A stretch of 35,595 bases of DNA from Tubiluchus corallicola (GCA_030141605.1 JAQGDQ010001541.1:1-35595), one strand, 5' to 3'. Numbered from the stretch's first letter, positions 1-13,343 are shown. The notes: generated by a model not told the origin, from the letters alone. Program-made: numbers and translations.

Positions 1-370
1 CCAAATATTATTATTATAAATATATTCTTGTCGCAGGACTGTCTAGTAGTAAACCTACTAATAATTATATATTACAAAGGCAAGTTTTGGTGTCTTTATA
101 TTTTGTTCTGTCATGTCTGTGTTAAGATTATTTGGAAGAGCAATCGTATTGTCGTAGATTTTCTTTTCTGCTAAAAAATGCCATGGACAAAACTTTTAAT
201 TTTGTTTTAATTTTAAATACAAAATAACAATTATGCATTTGATGATGGGGCAAAGATGAAAACTGTATCTTTCTCGTGTTTTGATTTTAAACACAAAGTT
301 AAAATGCATAATCAATTGTTTGGTACGTGTCACTGAGTCTTTTTCATGTACTTGCTCCCCTAACTTTAGA

Positions 371-780
<410 letters not shown>

Positions 781-1318
781 TAACTTCAGAACCTGGCTAC
801 GCCCCTGTATAAAATAATCGCAATAGCTTGGTACTTGAGAAATTTCCCTGTTTGTTTTCTCAGCAAATGATACAGTATGCGTCCATCACACGTTACAAGT
901 ACAGCTTTTCTTCTGACAATCTATACTTAGTAGTGAATTTACATGTACAGAAATGACGGGTTCTCTACTGTTTCTGCCCCTCTGGATAGAAAAAAGGCAA
1001 AAAAGTTTGCATTAATAACATGGTACAAAGTGGTACAGTTCAGTAACAAGGAAATATTTTTACACTTAATAAGAGGTGCTGTCTTCCTTCTAGACCAGTA
1101 GTGATTATACCTGATCCTACTGTTTTTACTAATCTCTTATTTTTGCCCAGGTAAAAGATACTTTCCTCCACTAATCATCAGTAATAAAGGTTTTTAGAGG
1201 CGTTGATTGTTGTGGTGAAATTAGAATTAGGAAGAGGGTAAATTTTCTTTCTTGCTGAACTCTATATTAAGTAACGTTGACTAATAGACATTTTAGTGGG
1301 TGAAAAAAGTACGTGTAC

Positions 1319-1319
<1 letters not shown>

Positions 1320-1402
<83 letters not shown>

Positions 1403-1860
1403 TCCTCTTTCTCTCTCTTTTTCTCTCTGTCCCTCCCTCCCTTCCTCCATCCCTCTCTCACTCTCCCCTTCTCTCTCTCTCTCTCTCTTTCTCCCTCCAC
1501 CCCACTCTCTCTCTCTTCTTTCCTTTTCTTCCCTCTCTCTCTCTCCCATCCCTCTCTCTCTCCCCCTTTCTCTCCCTCTATCTCTCTCTCTCTCTCCCTC
1601 TCTCTCTTTCCTCTCTCACTCCTTCCATCCCTCCGCCCTCTCTCTCTCGTACGCTCTCTCCTTAGCTCTCTCCCTCCCTCTCTCTCTCGCTCTCTGTGTT
1701 TCTCTTTCTCTCCCCCTCTCCATCTCTATCGATCTGTCTTTTTCTCTCGTTTCCCCTTTTTTCTCTCTGTCCTCCCTCTCTCCCACCCCTCTTTTCTCGC
1801 TTCGTTTTTTTCTTTTTTCTTTTCCCTTTCTTTCTTTCCCTTCATTATTTTCTTTCACCC
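1320..1860. repeat. (CT)n microsatellite / polypyrimidine tract, paralogous to 373-780
   Basis: CT run. The degenerate segment at about 1646-1760 aligns with about 641-760 (ctcg(c/t)acgctctctcc...ctctccatctcta(g/t)cgatct). Confidence 0.95.
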
Positions 1861-2081
1861 CCGCCCACCGGTTTGCTGCATCTCAAACGTCACTGCAAAA
1901 CCTGTCTCATCTAAGCCGATTTTCCTCTCTAAGCTTCCTATGGCATGAGCGATTCATCATAGAAAATTATCGTTGTTATGATCTGAGCAATTTTATAACA
2001 AATGCTGATGGCTGTAATTATCATTCCTTAAAATATTTACACAAGAGCCAAGAGTTCTCACAGGGTTCTCACGTCTTTATG

Positions 2082-2942
2082 CAGTCCATGACGGGGGTAG
2101 AAACAGACCCCTGCATTATCCATGACAGGGGGGGGTAGAAACAGACTCCTGCATTGTCCATGACAGGGGGGGGTAGAAACAGACTCCTGCATTATCCATG
2201 ACAGGGGTAGAAACAGACTCCTGCATTGTCCATGACAGGGGTAGAAACAGACTCCTGCATTGTCCAAGACAGGGGTAGAAAGAGACCCCTGCATTATCCA
2301 TGACAGGGGTAGAAACAGACCCCTGCATTATCCATGACAGGGGCAGAAACAGATCCCTCTCTCTCCCCCCTGTCTCTTTCCAGTCCATGACAGGGGCAGA
2401 AACAGATCCCTCTCTCTCCCTCCAGTCCATGATAGGGGTAGAAACAGACCCCTGCATTATCCATGACAGGGGTAGAAACAGACCCCTGCATTATCCATGA
2501 CAGGGGTAGAAACAGACCCCTGCATTATCCACGACAGGGGTAGAAACAGACCCCTGCTTTATCCATGACAGGGGTAGAAACAGACCCCTGCAAGTCCATA
2601 ATAGGGGTAGAAACAGACCCCTGCAAGTCCATGATAGGGGTAGAAACAGACCCCTGCATTATCCATGACAGGGTAGAAGCAGACCCCTCTCTCTCCCTCC
2701 TGTTTCCCTCCAGTCCATGACAGGGGTAGAAACAGACCCCTCTCTCTCTCCCTCCTATCTAATTCCAGCTATGACAGGGGTAGAAGCAGACCCCTGCAAG
2801 TCCATGACAGGGGTAGAAACAGACCCCTCTCTCTCCCTCCTGTCTCCCTCCAGTCCATGACAGGGGTAGAAACAGACCCCTCTCTCTCTCCCTCCTATCT
2901 AATTCCAGTCCATGACAGGGGTAGAAGCAGACCCCTGCATTA
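2082..2942. repeat. 34-bp minisatellite with internal hairpin (CCATGA-CAGGGGT-AGAAACAG-ACCCCTG-CATTAT)
   Basis: Period 34 (e.g. 2461 to 2495). Some units carry CT-rich inserts in place of CATTAT. Confidence 0.95.
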
Positions 2943-3247
2943 TATAACATTCAGAAGAGTAACAATGTTCAATAAAGCCACATTTTTTGAGCATTGCTCG
3001 TACGTTTCGGTGGTCAAATTGAATAGACAATGGTCTCTCACATGTAGACAACTCAACCTACTCACAATAATTTAATCTTGCATCATGATAAACTGGTACA
3101 ATACACTCCCACATTATACTGACACAATAAGGAGTTTGGTTCAGTGTGAAAGATTTAAAAGTTTAGATAACATCGCGTATCTTGGAAATTTTAACATTGA
3201 TTCTTATAAAAATCAGAAAATCAGAATTGCTCTACGTGTTTGAATTC

Positions 3248-3342
3248 AGCCTTTTCACACTTCTAACAATTGGTGATGATCGTGAAAAGGTCAAAGGTTA
3301 AGCGTACCTGATAACGCATTTGTGCACACTTGACAATGCTTC
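3248..3342 (+). mobile_element. Left-end fragment of MITE family A
   Basis: AGCCTTTTCACAC...GATCGTGAAAAGGTCAAAGGTTAAGCGTAC...CACTTGACAA matches the left ends of the copies at 8814 and 26121. It is cut off by the 22-23-bp array element. Confidence 0.85.
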
Positions 3343-3344
3343 AC

Positions 3345-4033
3345 TTTTTTCCGACCACCATAAATCAATTGTGACTTTTTCCCGTGACTTTCTTTCCTAG
3401 GCAAAATTGTGACTTTTTTTCCTAGACAGAATTGTGACTTTTTTTCCTAGACAGAATTGTGACTTTCTTTCCTAGGCAAAATTGTGACTTTTTTTCCTAG
3501 ACAGAATTGTGACTTTTTCCTAGACAGAATTGTGACTTTCTTTCATAGACAGGATTGTGACTGTTTTTCGTAGATAAATTGTGAATTTTTTCCGTGATTT
3601 TTTTCCTAGACAAAATTGTGACTTTTTTCCTAGACAAATTGTGAATTTTCCCGACCACCATAAATCAATTGTGACTTTTTCCCCGTGACTTTTTTCCTAG
3701 ACAAAACTGTGACTTTTTTCCTAGACAAACTGTGACTTTTTTCCTAGACAAACTGTGACTTTTTTCCTAGACAAATTGTGACTTTTTTTCTAGACAAAAT
3801 GTGACTTTTTTCCTAGACAAAACTGTGACTTTTTTCCTAGACAAACTGTGACTTTTCCCGGGCCACCATGAATCAATTGTGAGTTTTTCTGTCACAATCT
3901 TCCACTGACTTTTAAACTGTAATTTATACAGTATACGTACAGCACTGCGTCCCAACACAACAAGTTCAAACAAATCATTTCGTGTTCTGTGTCATGGTGA
4001 TTTGAATTTAAACGTACTACCGAATTTTCCGTA
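3345..4033. mobile_element. Dispersed element B, copy 1: 22-23-bp array (TTGTGACTTTTTTCCTAGACAAAA) plus a conserved ~170-bp tail
   Basis: Array at about 3345-3890. The non-repetitive tail 3861-4033 is near-identical to 7192-7364 and ends ACTACCGAATTTTCCGTA. No superfamily assigned. Confidence 0.8.
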
Positions 4034-4352
4034 CCATGAGACAAGAATAATGCGATAATTGTGTCCAGTCAAAACAGATTTAGCTTAAGATTAGGCTAGC
4101 AGTGTTAGGCACCATTAAGCAGCTAAGATCAGCTTATGTGAGCAGACACGGTGTGTGCTTGCCCTGGAGACGTTTATTATTATTATTTTGCTTAACTTAC
4201 ATAACCGGAGAGTTTTTTTATACATTTTAGTCAATTTTAAACGTAACTGGAGAATTTACCGAGAATTCAAGTTATTATTCATTTGCTAGAGATGATAAAT
4301 TTTTAAGTAAAAAATAATAATGGCGTGTTCAGGGAACATTACGTTACATCAA

Positions 4353-5428
4353 GTGGACTGGACTGGACACGACTGGAATGGAATGGAGTGATTATACTGG
4401 ACTTAGCCGTTCTGGACTGGATCGCACTGGACTACACTGGACTGGACTGGATTAGCTTGGGATGGAGACGACTGGACTGGACTGGGTTACCTTGGACTTG
4501 ACATGACTGGAATGGAATGGAGTGATTATACTGGTTTGGACTGGACTGGACTGGACTGGACTTGACTGGACTGGACTGGACTGGATTAGTTTACGTTGGA
4601 AACGACTGGACTTTATTAGACTGCATTGGAATGGAGTGGTTTTACTGAACTGGACAGGACTGGACTAGGCTAGACTGAAGTAGTTATACTGTACTGGACT
4701 GGACTGGACTGGACTGGACTGGACTGGACTGGACTGGACTGGACTGGACTGGACTGGACTGGACTGCACTGCACTGGACTGGATTAGTTTAGGTTAGAAA
4801 CGACTGGACTTTATTAGACTGCATTGGAATTCAGTGGTTTTACTGAACTGGACTAGACTAGGCTGAAGTAGTTATACTGGACTAGACTGGACTGGACTGG
4901 ACTGGACTGGACTGGACTGGACTGGACTGGACTGGACTGCACTGGACTGCACTGGACTGGACTGGACTGGACTGAACTGGACTGGACTGCACTGCACTGT
5001 GCTGGGCTGGACTGGACTGGACTGGACTGGACTGGACTGGACTGGACTGGACTGGACTGGACTGGACTGGACTGGACTGGACTGGACTGGACTGGACTGG
5101 ACTGGACTGGACTGGACTGGAATGAAATGGATTGGACTGGACTGGACTGGACTGGACTGGACTGGACTGGACTGGACTGGACTGCACTGCACTGTGCTGG
5201 GCTGGACTGGACTGGACTGGACTGGACTGGACTGGACTGGAATGAAATGGATTGGGCAGGGCTAGCTTGCACTGGGATGGATTAGACTGGACTGCAGTTG
5301 TGTGGTTATACTGAACCCGACTATCTTGGAATGGAATGAAGTGGACTGGACTGGACTGGACTACAGTGGAGTGGTTATACTGAACCCGACTATCTTGGAA
5401 TGTAATGAAGTGGAATGGAATGGACTGA
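4353..5428. repeat. (GGACT)n pentanucleotide satellite with GGAAT/GCACT variants
   Basis: Long pure GGACT runs. It explains the QSSPV and LDWTG ORFs. Confidence 0.97.
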
Positions 5429-5441
5429 AATCAATAAATCA

Positions 5442-6240
5442 GTATTAACTCATGTACTCATAAAGCCTCACATCTCACACACTGTGATTTGGTATTAACT
5501 CATGTACTCATAAACCCTCACATCTCACACACTATGATTTGGCATTAACTCATGTACTCATAAAGCCTTACATCTCACACACTATGATTTGGTATTAACT
5601 CATGTACTCATAAACCCTCACATCTCACACACTATGATTTGGCATTAACTCATGTACTCATAAAGCCTCACATCTCACACACTATGATTTGATATTAACT
5701 CATGTACTTATAAAGCCTTACATCTCACACACTATGATTTGGTATTAACTCATGTACTCATAAAGCCTCACATCTCACACACTATGATTTGATATTAACT
5801 CATGTACTTATAAAGCCTTACATCTCACACACTATGATTTGGTATTAACTCATGTACTCATAAAGCCTCACATCTCTCACACTATGATTTGGTATTAACT
5901 CATGTACTCATAAACCCTCACATCTCACACACTATGATTTGGCATTAACTCATGTACTCATAAAGCCTCACATCTCACACACTATGATTTATTATTAACT
6001 CATGTACTCATAAACCCTCACATCTCACACACTATGATTTGGCATTAACTCATGTACTCATAAAGCCTTTCATCTCACACACTATGATTTGGTATTAACT
6101 CATGTACTCATAAAGCCTTACATCTCACACACTATGATTTGGTATTAACTCATGTACTCATAAAGCCTCACATCTCACACACTATGATTTGATATTAACT
6201 CATGTACTTATAAAGCCTTACATCTCACACACTATGATTT
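5442..6240. repeat. 50-bp minisatellite, about 16 copies
   Basis: Unit GTATTAACTCATGTACTCATAAAGCCTCACATCTCACACACTATGATTTG, period 50 (5461 to 5511), with no indels seen. Confidence 0.97.
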
Positions 6241-6675
6241 AACTTAGTACTTGCAACTTGGCCTAATTGAGTTTATTAGAGCAAGAAGTTCATGAGGTCG
6301 TCCTCGCGGTAACATTAAACTCTAAAAATCATATCAATTAATGTAGTTATCAATACAAATATTAGAACTGATGTAATTACTAATGTAAATATTAATATTA
6401 ATGTTACAAAAGGTAAATAACAGAATGAAATTACAGAATAGCAGTTATTGCAATGCTCCGTGATTCGTAATTGTTTGATGTAAAATCATTTACTGTTCAA
6501 AGAGATGCGTTCAACAGTTTGATAAACAAGCAAAAATTTTGTTTTCTTTTAGCTAAAGTATTGAATGTGAACTAGAGCCATATTAGGAGCAAAGGAGCAC
6601 GTTTATTTCTTTGCTTACCAAGTTAGTAATTCTACATGAACCCGGTCGAATAGCGGACCACATTTGATTACTGTA

Positions 6676-7365
6676 ACATGACTTTTTCCCGTGACTTTTT
6701 TCCTAGATAAATTCTGACTTTTTTCCTAGATAAAATTGTGACTTTTTTCCTAGATAAGATTGTGACTTTTTCCGCGATTTTTTTCCTAGACAAAATTGTG
6801 ACTTTTTTCCTAGGCAAAATTGTGACTTTTTTCCTAGATAAAATTGTGACTTTTTTCCTAGATAAAATTGTGACTTTTTTCCTAGGCAAAATTGTGACTT
6901 TTTTCCTAGATAAAATTGTGACTTTTTTCCTAGATAAAATTGTGACCTTTTTCCTAGGCAAAATTGTGACTTTTTTCCTAGATAAAATTGTGACTTTTTC
7001 CTAGACAAAATTGTGACTTTTTTCCACCTACCATAAATCAATTCTGGCTTTTTCCCTCTGTGACTTTTTTCCTAGGCAAAATTGTGACTTTTTTCCTTGA
7101 TAAAATTGTGACTTTTTTCCTAGATAATATTGTGACTTTTTTCCTAGGCAAAATTGTGACTTTTTCCTAGGCAAAATTGTGACTTTTCCCCGGCCACCAT
7201 GAATCAATTGTGACTTTTTCTGTCACAATCTTCCACTGACTTTTAAACTGTGAATTTATACAATATACGTACAGCACTGCGTCCCAACACAACAAGTTCA
7301 AACAAATCATTTCGTGTTCTGTGTCATGGTGATTTGAATTTAAACCTACTACCGAATTTTCCGTA
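6676..7365. mobile_element. Dispersed element B, copy 2
   Basis: Same 22-23-bp array (TAGATAAAA variant dominant), same ACCATAAATCAATT spacer and same tail as 3345-4033. Confidence 0.8.
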
Positions 7366-7915
7366 ACGGTAACGGTTTCACAAGTGCTCGGTCACAAAGC
7401 GATGTGAGCACGTAGGACAAACAAACAAACAAATGCGCGCTTGAAACTAAATAAACAATTTCGTATTAATTCGAATCAATTTCACTGAATTCTGACTGTT
7501 TGCAAGGTCAAATGAATCAATTTTGGGGGTGTGTTGCCAAAATAATTGTGCTATTAATTAAATCTGCTTTAATAAAGCCTCTTTGTTTAGTTGGCTCGCC
7601 TTTGCTTAGACAGAGCTATTAAACACTAATTATAGGTCCTATTAAAGTTTAAATTGTCGTCAAATAGTATGCGTTTAATACGGGTTAGTTATGCTGTGCA
7701 AGCAAGCATAGATTCAAAACAAGCATAGATTCAAAGCTTCAATCAATCAATCAATCAATTTCACTCCAGCAATACATATACAATACATCAACATACAATA
7801 TTATTGAAACAAAAAGAAACAGTATGGGTAAAAAAACGTTGATGAAGTCAAATTAACCAAATAAAAGAGTTGCTGTATGACACCTTGAAACCTTGGCTTG
7901 TTAAGGTGGCACAAA

Positions 7916-8545
7916 TGAGTGAATGAATGGTTAGGGTTAGTAGACATGATGGAATGGAAAAAATAGTAAGATTATGGATAGGAAGATGGAAGGGGGAGGA
8001 TGAGTGAATGAAAGAATGGTTAGGGTTAGTAGACATGATGGAATGGAAAAAATAGTAAGATTAGGGATAGGAAGAAGGAAGGGAGGGGAGGATGAGTGAA
8101 TGAAAGAATGGTTAGGGTTAGTAGACATGATGGAATGGAAAAAATAGTAAGATTAGGGATAGGAAGAAGGAAGGGAGGGGAGGATGAGTGAATGAAAGAA
8201 TGGTTAGGGTTAGTAGACATGATGGAATGGAGAAAATAGTAAGATTAGGGATAGGAAGAAGGAAGGGAGGGGAGGATGAGTGAATGAAAGAATGGTTAGG
8301 GTTAGTAGACATGATGGAATGGAAAAAATAGTAAGATTAGGGATAAGAAGAAGGAAGGGAGGGGAGGATGAGTGAATGAAAGAATGGTTAGGGTTAGTAG
8401 ACATGATGGAATGGAAAAAATAGTAAGATTAGGGATAGGAAGAAGGAAGGGAGGGGAGGATGAGTGAATGAAAGAATGGTTAGGGTTAGTAGACATGATG
8501 GAATGGAAAAAAATAGTAAGATTAGGGATAGGAAGAAGGAAAAGA
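7916..8545. repeat. 92-bp purine-rich minisatellite, about 6.5 copies, containing GGTTAGGGTTAG
   Basis: The period of 92 shows in the staggered ORF ends (8036, 8128, 8220, 8312, 8404). Confidence 0.96.
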
Positions 8546-8813
8546 GGAGAAGAAACGACCACAGTGTATGTTGAATTTACATAGAGGTATATTAAAATAG
8601 CATTATAATTGATTGGAGGCCATATATTGCGACTGCATGAGACAATTGACAATTATAAAATTATAAAATTAACAAATTAACCGTTTTTAACTAGTTTATA
8701 TTGGGGGTAATGTGGGCCATATTCACATTACTTCAATCATTTACTATAACATGCTACTTGCTATACCGATGTAACTTGTTTTAGCAGCAACGTGATTTTA
8801 TAGTTGGGTAACG

Positions 8814-9228
8814 AGCCTTTTCACATTTCCAATAATTGACGATGATCGTGAAAAGGTCAAAGGTTAAGCGTACTAAACAACGCATTTGTGTACACTTGAC
8901 AACGCCTCTCACCCCAAGCTACTGTAATACTAACAGCTTTAACAGCTAGCTGGAATCTGACCTAGTTCATTTTTTCTTGTTCTCAAGCAAAATTCTGCTA
9001 GTAAATCACTCTGTGCACTGACTAATGCATAATTAAGTAAAGTCCATGTGAAATGCTTAAAGAAAGTCCTCGTAAAACAACTGAAGTTACTGAACATGAT
9101 GCAGTAGATGGCTTTGCTTTTCCCACATGTCATGCGAAAACTGTAGTTAAGACGCATTAAAGCTATGGTACACGTAACCTTTGACCTAAAGCAACTGCGC
9201 TTGCGCACAACGAAACTGTGAAAAGGCT
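8814..9228 (+). mobile_element. MITE family A, full-length copy (non-autonomous DNA transposon, probably PIF/Harbinger-related)
   Basis: TIRs AGCCTTTTCACA / TGTGAAAAGGCT and subterminal inverted AGGTCAAAGGTTA / TAACCTTTGACCT. It is homologous along its length to 26121-26494 and 29891-30280. The superfamily is inferred from TIR similarity to 17303-17955. Confidence 0.9.
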
Positions 9229-9361
9229 TATTGTTATATGTTTTTGCGATACAAATTGAAACATTTAGTTTTACCACTGAATCTTCACTTATGGGTAGTG
9301 AGTGACGTAAATAAGTGAGTAAACATTGCTTATTATTTATTCTTTTATTTGTTTATTTCAG

Positions 9362-9386
9362 GTTTCTCTTAGCAACGAAAATGCAG
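9362..9386 (+). CDS. Putative 25-nt internal coding microexon of the + strand gene (VSLSNENA plus 1 nt)
   Basis: Strong acceptor (ttcttttatttgtttatttcag) and donor CAG|gtacgt. It ends in phase 1, which matches the only open frame of exon 16086. Confidence 0.6.
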
Positions 9387-9851
9387 GTACGTCAGCAACA
9401 AAATGTCAGACTTTTATCGAAATGCCAGACGTGTATAAATCTATACAACTGTAACTATCTGTCTGATTTCTATGTGTTTACGTCTGTATGTTACTTATGC
9501 TGCAGCGTACACCCCAAAACGTCATAGTGTCCCATAGGAACCAACATGGCCCTGGGAAGGTTTTAGACTAATGTCAGTTTAGGTTATTATCACGATCCAG
9601 CAATATGGCGGGCAAAATGGCGCCCAGAATAGCAGATTTTAGGACATCCTACTATATATAATCGTGCAGTATGTCTTTATGCCCTTTAGTCGGGGTCGAC
9701 TCGTTAGAGGGTAGAGACTTCGAATGTCGATGCCCCTCCCCACTCTATTCGAATAACGAAATTCAACATGGCGGTTAAAATGGCGTCCAAATAACACCTG
9801 CAATGCGAGTAGTTATTAAGAAATGAGTCCAGTGCTGAACATTACATTGCG

Positions 9852-11001
9852 ACTAGGTCTAGGCAAATGACAACTCTAGGCAAATGGCAACTCTAGGCAA
9901 ATGACATTAGGTCTAGGCAAATGACAATTCTAGGCAAATGACAACTCCAGGCAAATGACAACTCTAGGCAAATGACAACTCCAGGCAAATGACAACTCCA
10001 GGTAAATGACATTAGGTCTAGGCAAATGACAATTCTAGGCAAATGACAACTCTAGGCAAATGACAACTCTAGGCAAATGACAACTCTAGGCAAATGACAA
10101 CTCCAGGCAAATGACAACTCTAGGCAAATGACAACTCTAGGCAAATGACAACTCCAGGCAAATGACAACTCCAGGTAAATGACATTAGGTCTAGGCAAAT
10201 GACAACTCTAGGCAAATGACAACTCCAAGCAAATGACAATTCTAGGCAAATGACAACTCTAGGCAAATGACAACTCTAGGCAAATGACAACTCCAGGCAA
10301 ATGACAACTCTAGGCAAATAACAACTCCAGGTAAATGACATTAGGTCTAGGCAAATGACAATTCTAGGCAAATGACAACTCTAGGCAAATGACAACTCTA
10401 GGCAAATGACAACTCCAAGCAAATGACAACTCTAGGCAAATGACAACTCCAGGCAAATGACAACTCTAGGCAAATGACATTAGGTCTAGGCAAATGACAA
10501 TTCTAGGCAAATGACAACTCTAGGCAAATGACAACTCCAGGCAAATGACAACTCTAGGCAAATGACAACTCTAGGCAAATGACAACTCCAGGCAAATGAC
10601 AACTCTAAGCAAATGACAACTCCAAGCAAATGACAACTCCAGGCAAATGACAACTCTAGGTAAATGACAACTCCAAGCAAATGGCAACTCTAGGCAAATG
10701 GCAACTCCAAGCAAATGGCAACTCCAGGTAAATGACATTAAGTCTAGGCAAATGACAATTCTAGGCAAATGACAACTCCAGGCAAATGACAACTCTAGGC
10801 AAATGACAACTCCAAGCAAATGGCAACTCCAGGTAAATGACATTAAGTCTAGGCAAATGACAATTCTAGGCAAATGACAACTCCAGGCAAATGGCAACTC
10901 TAGGCAAATGGCAACTCCAGGTAAATGACATTAAGTCCAGGCAAATGACAACTCCAGGCAAATGGCAATTCTAGGCAAATGACAACTCTGGGCAAATGGC
11001 A
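9852..11001. repeat. 17-bp minisatellite (CTAGGCAAATGACAACT) with periodic longer ATTA(G/A)GT variants
   Basis: About 65 units. An inverted unit (GTCATTTGCCTAGA) lies just downstream at about 11065-11078. Confidence 0.96.
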
Positions 11002-11106
11002 AGTAAATACTTCAAGCTTTGGCAAGTGACTCATTCGCCTAGACATACTTTTCTTATGACAGACGTCATTTGCCTAGATTTTGGTACGAAGCTTAATCAA
11101 GAAAAG

Positions 11107-11293
11107 CATTCATTCATTCATTCATGCATTCATTCATTCATTCATGCATTCATTCATTCATTCATTCATTCATTCATTCATTCATTCATTCATTCATTCA
11201 TTAATTCATTCATTCATTCATTCATTCATTCATTCATTCATTTATTCACTCACTCATTCATTCATCCATTCACTCATTCATTCATTCATTCAT
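11107..11293. repeat. (ATTC)n microsatellite
   Basis: Directly visible; explains the HSFI ORFs. Confidence 0.97.
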
Positions 11294-11975
11294 AATAAGA
11301 TTTTTATTATTTATTATTTAATTATTTTTTTTATTTTGTAGAAAATAACAGTAAATTTACATATGAACGAATGATTGGATGAACGAATGAATGAAAAATA
11401 AGTAACAAATATATAAATACCCCCATCCTTTTATATACAATTTCAAGGTTTTTAAATTGAATGGCTTAAGAACCTAAATGAAATAAATTTGCAAACTATC
11501 CCAGGTTTGAACCAGAGACGATTTTTCTAATATGTTGTAAGTTAACAGCACTCAGCTGCTGAAATTTCACAAGAATTCTGATTGGCAGGTAGAAGAACAA
11601 TGTACTTTGACCAATAATTGCTATTTAACCTTAATACCTAATCGTGCCGGCTTAATATTAGAATTCTCAAAATCTCTAATTTTACCGTGTCAGCGATCAA
11701 AGCGAAAATTGTCTTTCTGTGCTGTTTCGTACAAAGAACTCTTTCAGTGCTGAAAACAACCTTGGTGGAAATCTTTAGCAAATCTGATCTAATTCTTTAC
11801 GTCTGCAAAGATTACTGTCATTACTCAGTCAAGTTGATTTTTAATACAAACAGTAAGTTCTTTTATTAAAGTCAACGTGTCATGAAGAAACGCAGTACCA
11901 CGTCATAACATTTCAAATTTATCCTGATTATGACTGACATTCTGATCTTATGATGTTACAACAAGAAAAAGATCA

Positions 11976-12931
11976 TCTCTTAATTGTTGCTTGGTCAAAA
12001 ACTTCAAACCTCTTGATTCTTGCTGTCTTCTAGGAGTATAGACCATTTTGGGGCTGTCTTCTACGAGTACAGGACGTTTTGAGGCTGTCTTCTAGGAGTA
12101 TAGACCATTTTGGGGCTGTCTTCTACGAGTACAGGACGTTTTGAGGCTGTCTTCTACGAGTAAAGGACGTTTTGGGGCTGTCTCAGACGTCGTAATTCGC
12201 AGTAATTCGCTTAATTGCTGCTTTGCCAAAAACTTCAAACCTTGATTCTTGCTGTCTTCTACGAGTACAAGACGTTTTGGGGCTGTCTCAGACGTCGTAA
12301 TTCACAGTAATTCTCTTAATTGCTGCTTGGTCACAAATCTCAAACCTTGATTCTTGCTGTCTTCTACGAGTACAGGACGTTTTGGGGCTGTCTCAGACGT
12401 CGTAATTCACAGTAATTCGCTTAACTGTTGCTTGGGCAAAAACTTCAAACCTTGATTCTTGCTGTCTTCTAGGAGTATAGGACCTTTTGGGGCTGTCTCA
12501 GACGTCGTAATTCACATTAATTCGCTTAACTGCTGCTTGGGCAAAAACTTCAAACCGCTTGATTCTTGCTGTCTTCTAGGAGTACAAGACGTTTTGGGGT
12601 TGTTTCAGACGTCGTAATTCACAGTAATTCTCTTAACTGTTGCTTGGGCAAAAACTTCAAACCTTGATTCTTGCTGTCTTCTACGAGTATAGGACCTTTT
12701 GCGGCTGTCTCAGACGTCGTAATTCACATTAATTCTCTTAATTGCTGCTTGGGCAAAAACTTCAAACCTTGATTCTTGCTGTCTTCTACGAGTATAGGAC
12801 GTTTTGGGGCTGTCTCAGACGTCGTAATTCCCATTAATTCGCTTAATTGCTGCTTTGCCAAAAACTTCAAACCTTGATTCTTGCTATCTTCTACAAGTAC
12901 AAGACATTTGGGGTTGTTTCAGACGTCGTAA
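11976..12931. repeat. 105-bp tandem repeat, about 8 copies; the first unit contains a nested 31-bp sub-array
   Basis: AACTTCAAAC-type anchor at 12231, 12336 and 12441. GCTGTCTTCTA...TTTTG(A/G)G recurs about every 31 bp at 12022-12180. Confidence 0.95.
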
Positions 12932-13169
12932 TACTTACTAATTGAAGCTAGGTCGTGGTGTAAGTGTATGAAATCATCATTATGGCGACAGGTGGCGCTT
13001 CTTATGTGCACTTTTCATGGTCAGGGGTAATAACTGTTATCCAGAACGGATAATGCAGTGACTGATCTCAGTGGCGTCGCTAGGGGGGTGTGTGGGCCTC
13101 ACCGGGTTACACCCTCCTGAGGGTGATACCATAAATGTAAGTTTGTTTTTGGAGGGGGGGAGAGAGTTA

Positions 13170-13343
13170 AGCTTTGAAAGAAGCTTTTAAAAGCTTAAAC
13201 TACTCAAAAACTACTTGAAATTCACATTGAGACAGTCAAGGCTATTTGATCTTGTGGTTTTATCAGTTGAAAGTGACTTGGCAGTTGATTTTAATGAAGT
13301 AATTGACAAGTTTGCAGTAGTGAACTCCAGGAAAGGAAAGTTC
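13170..13343 (+). pseudogene. hAT transposase C-terminal dimerisation-domain remnant (ZMYM1-like type)
   Basis: Manual translation gives SFERSF*KLKLLKNYLKFTLRQSRLFDLVVLSVESDLAVDFNEVIDKFAVVNSRKGKF. This fits the hAT motif ERSFSxLKxIKNYLRSTMxQxRLxxLAxLSIE...ID.FA...RK. There is an in-frame TAA at 13188 where Ser is expected. Confidence 0.88.

Noticed and set aside
864-1150. Candidate upstream exons of the + gene after AGs at 863 and 1093
   Set aside because: I found no combination with a convincing donor and a phase-0 end to join exon 9362.
2082-2942. CRISPR-like look: palindromic repeat with intervening sequences
   Set aside because: The intervening pieces are themselves repeated or low-complexity, there are no cas genes, and the context is eukaryotic.
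9541-9790. Cluster of five AANATGGC (YY1-like) motifs
   Set aside because: Such motif clusters are typical of transposon fragments, and there is no independent evidence for a promoter.
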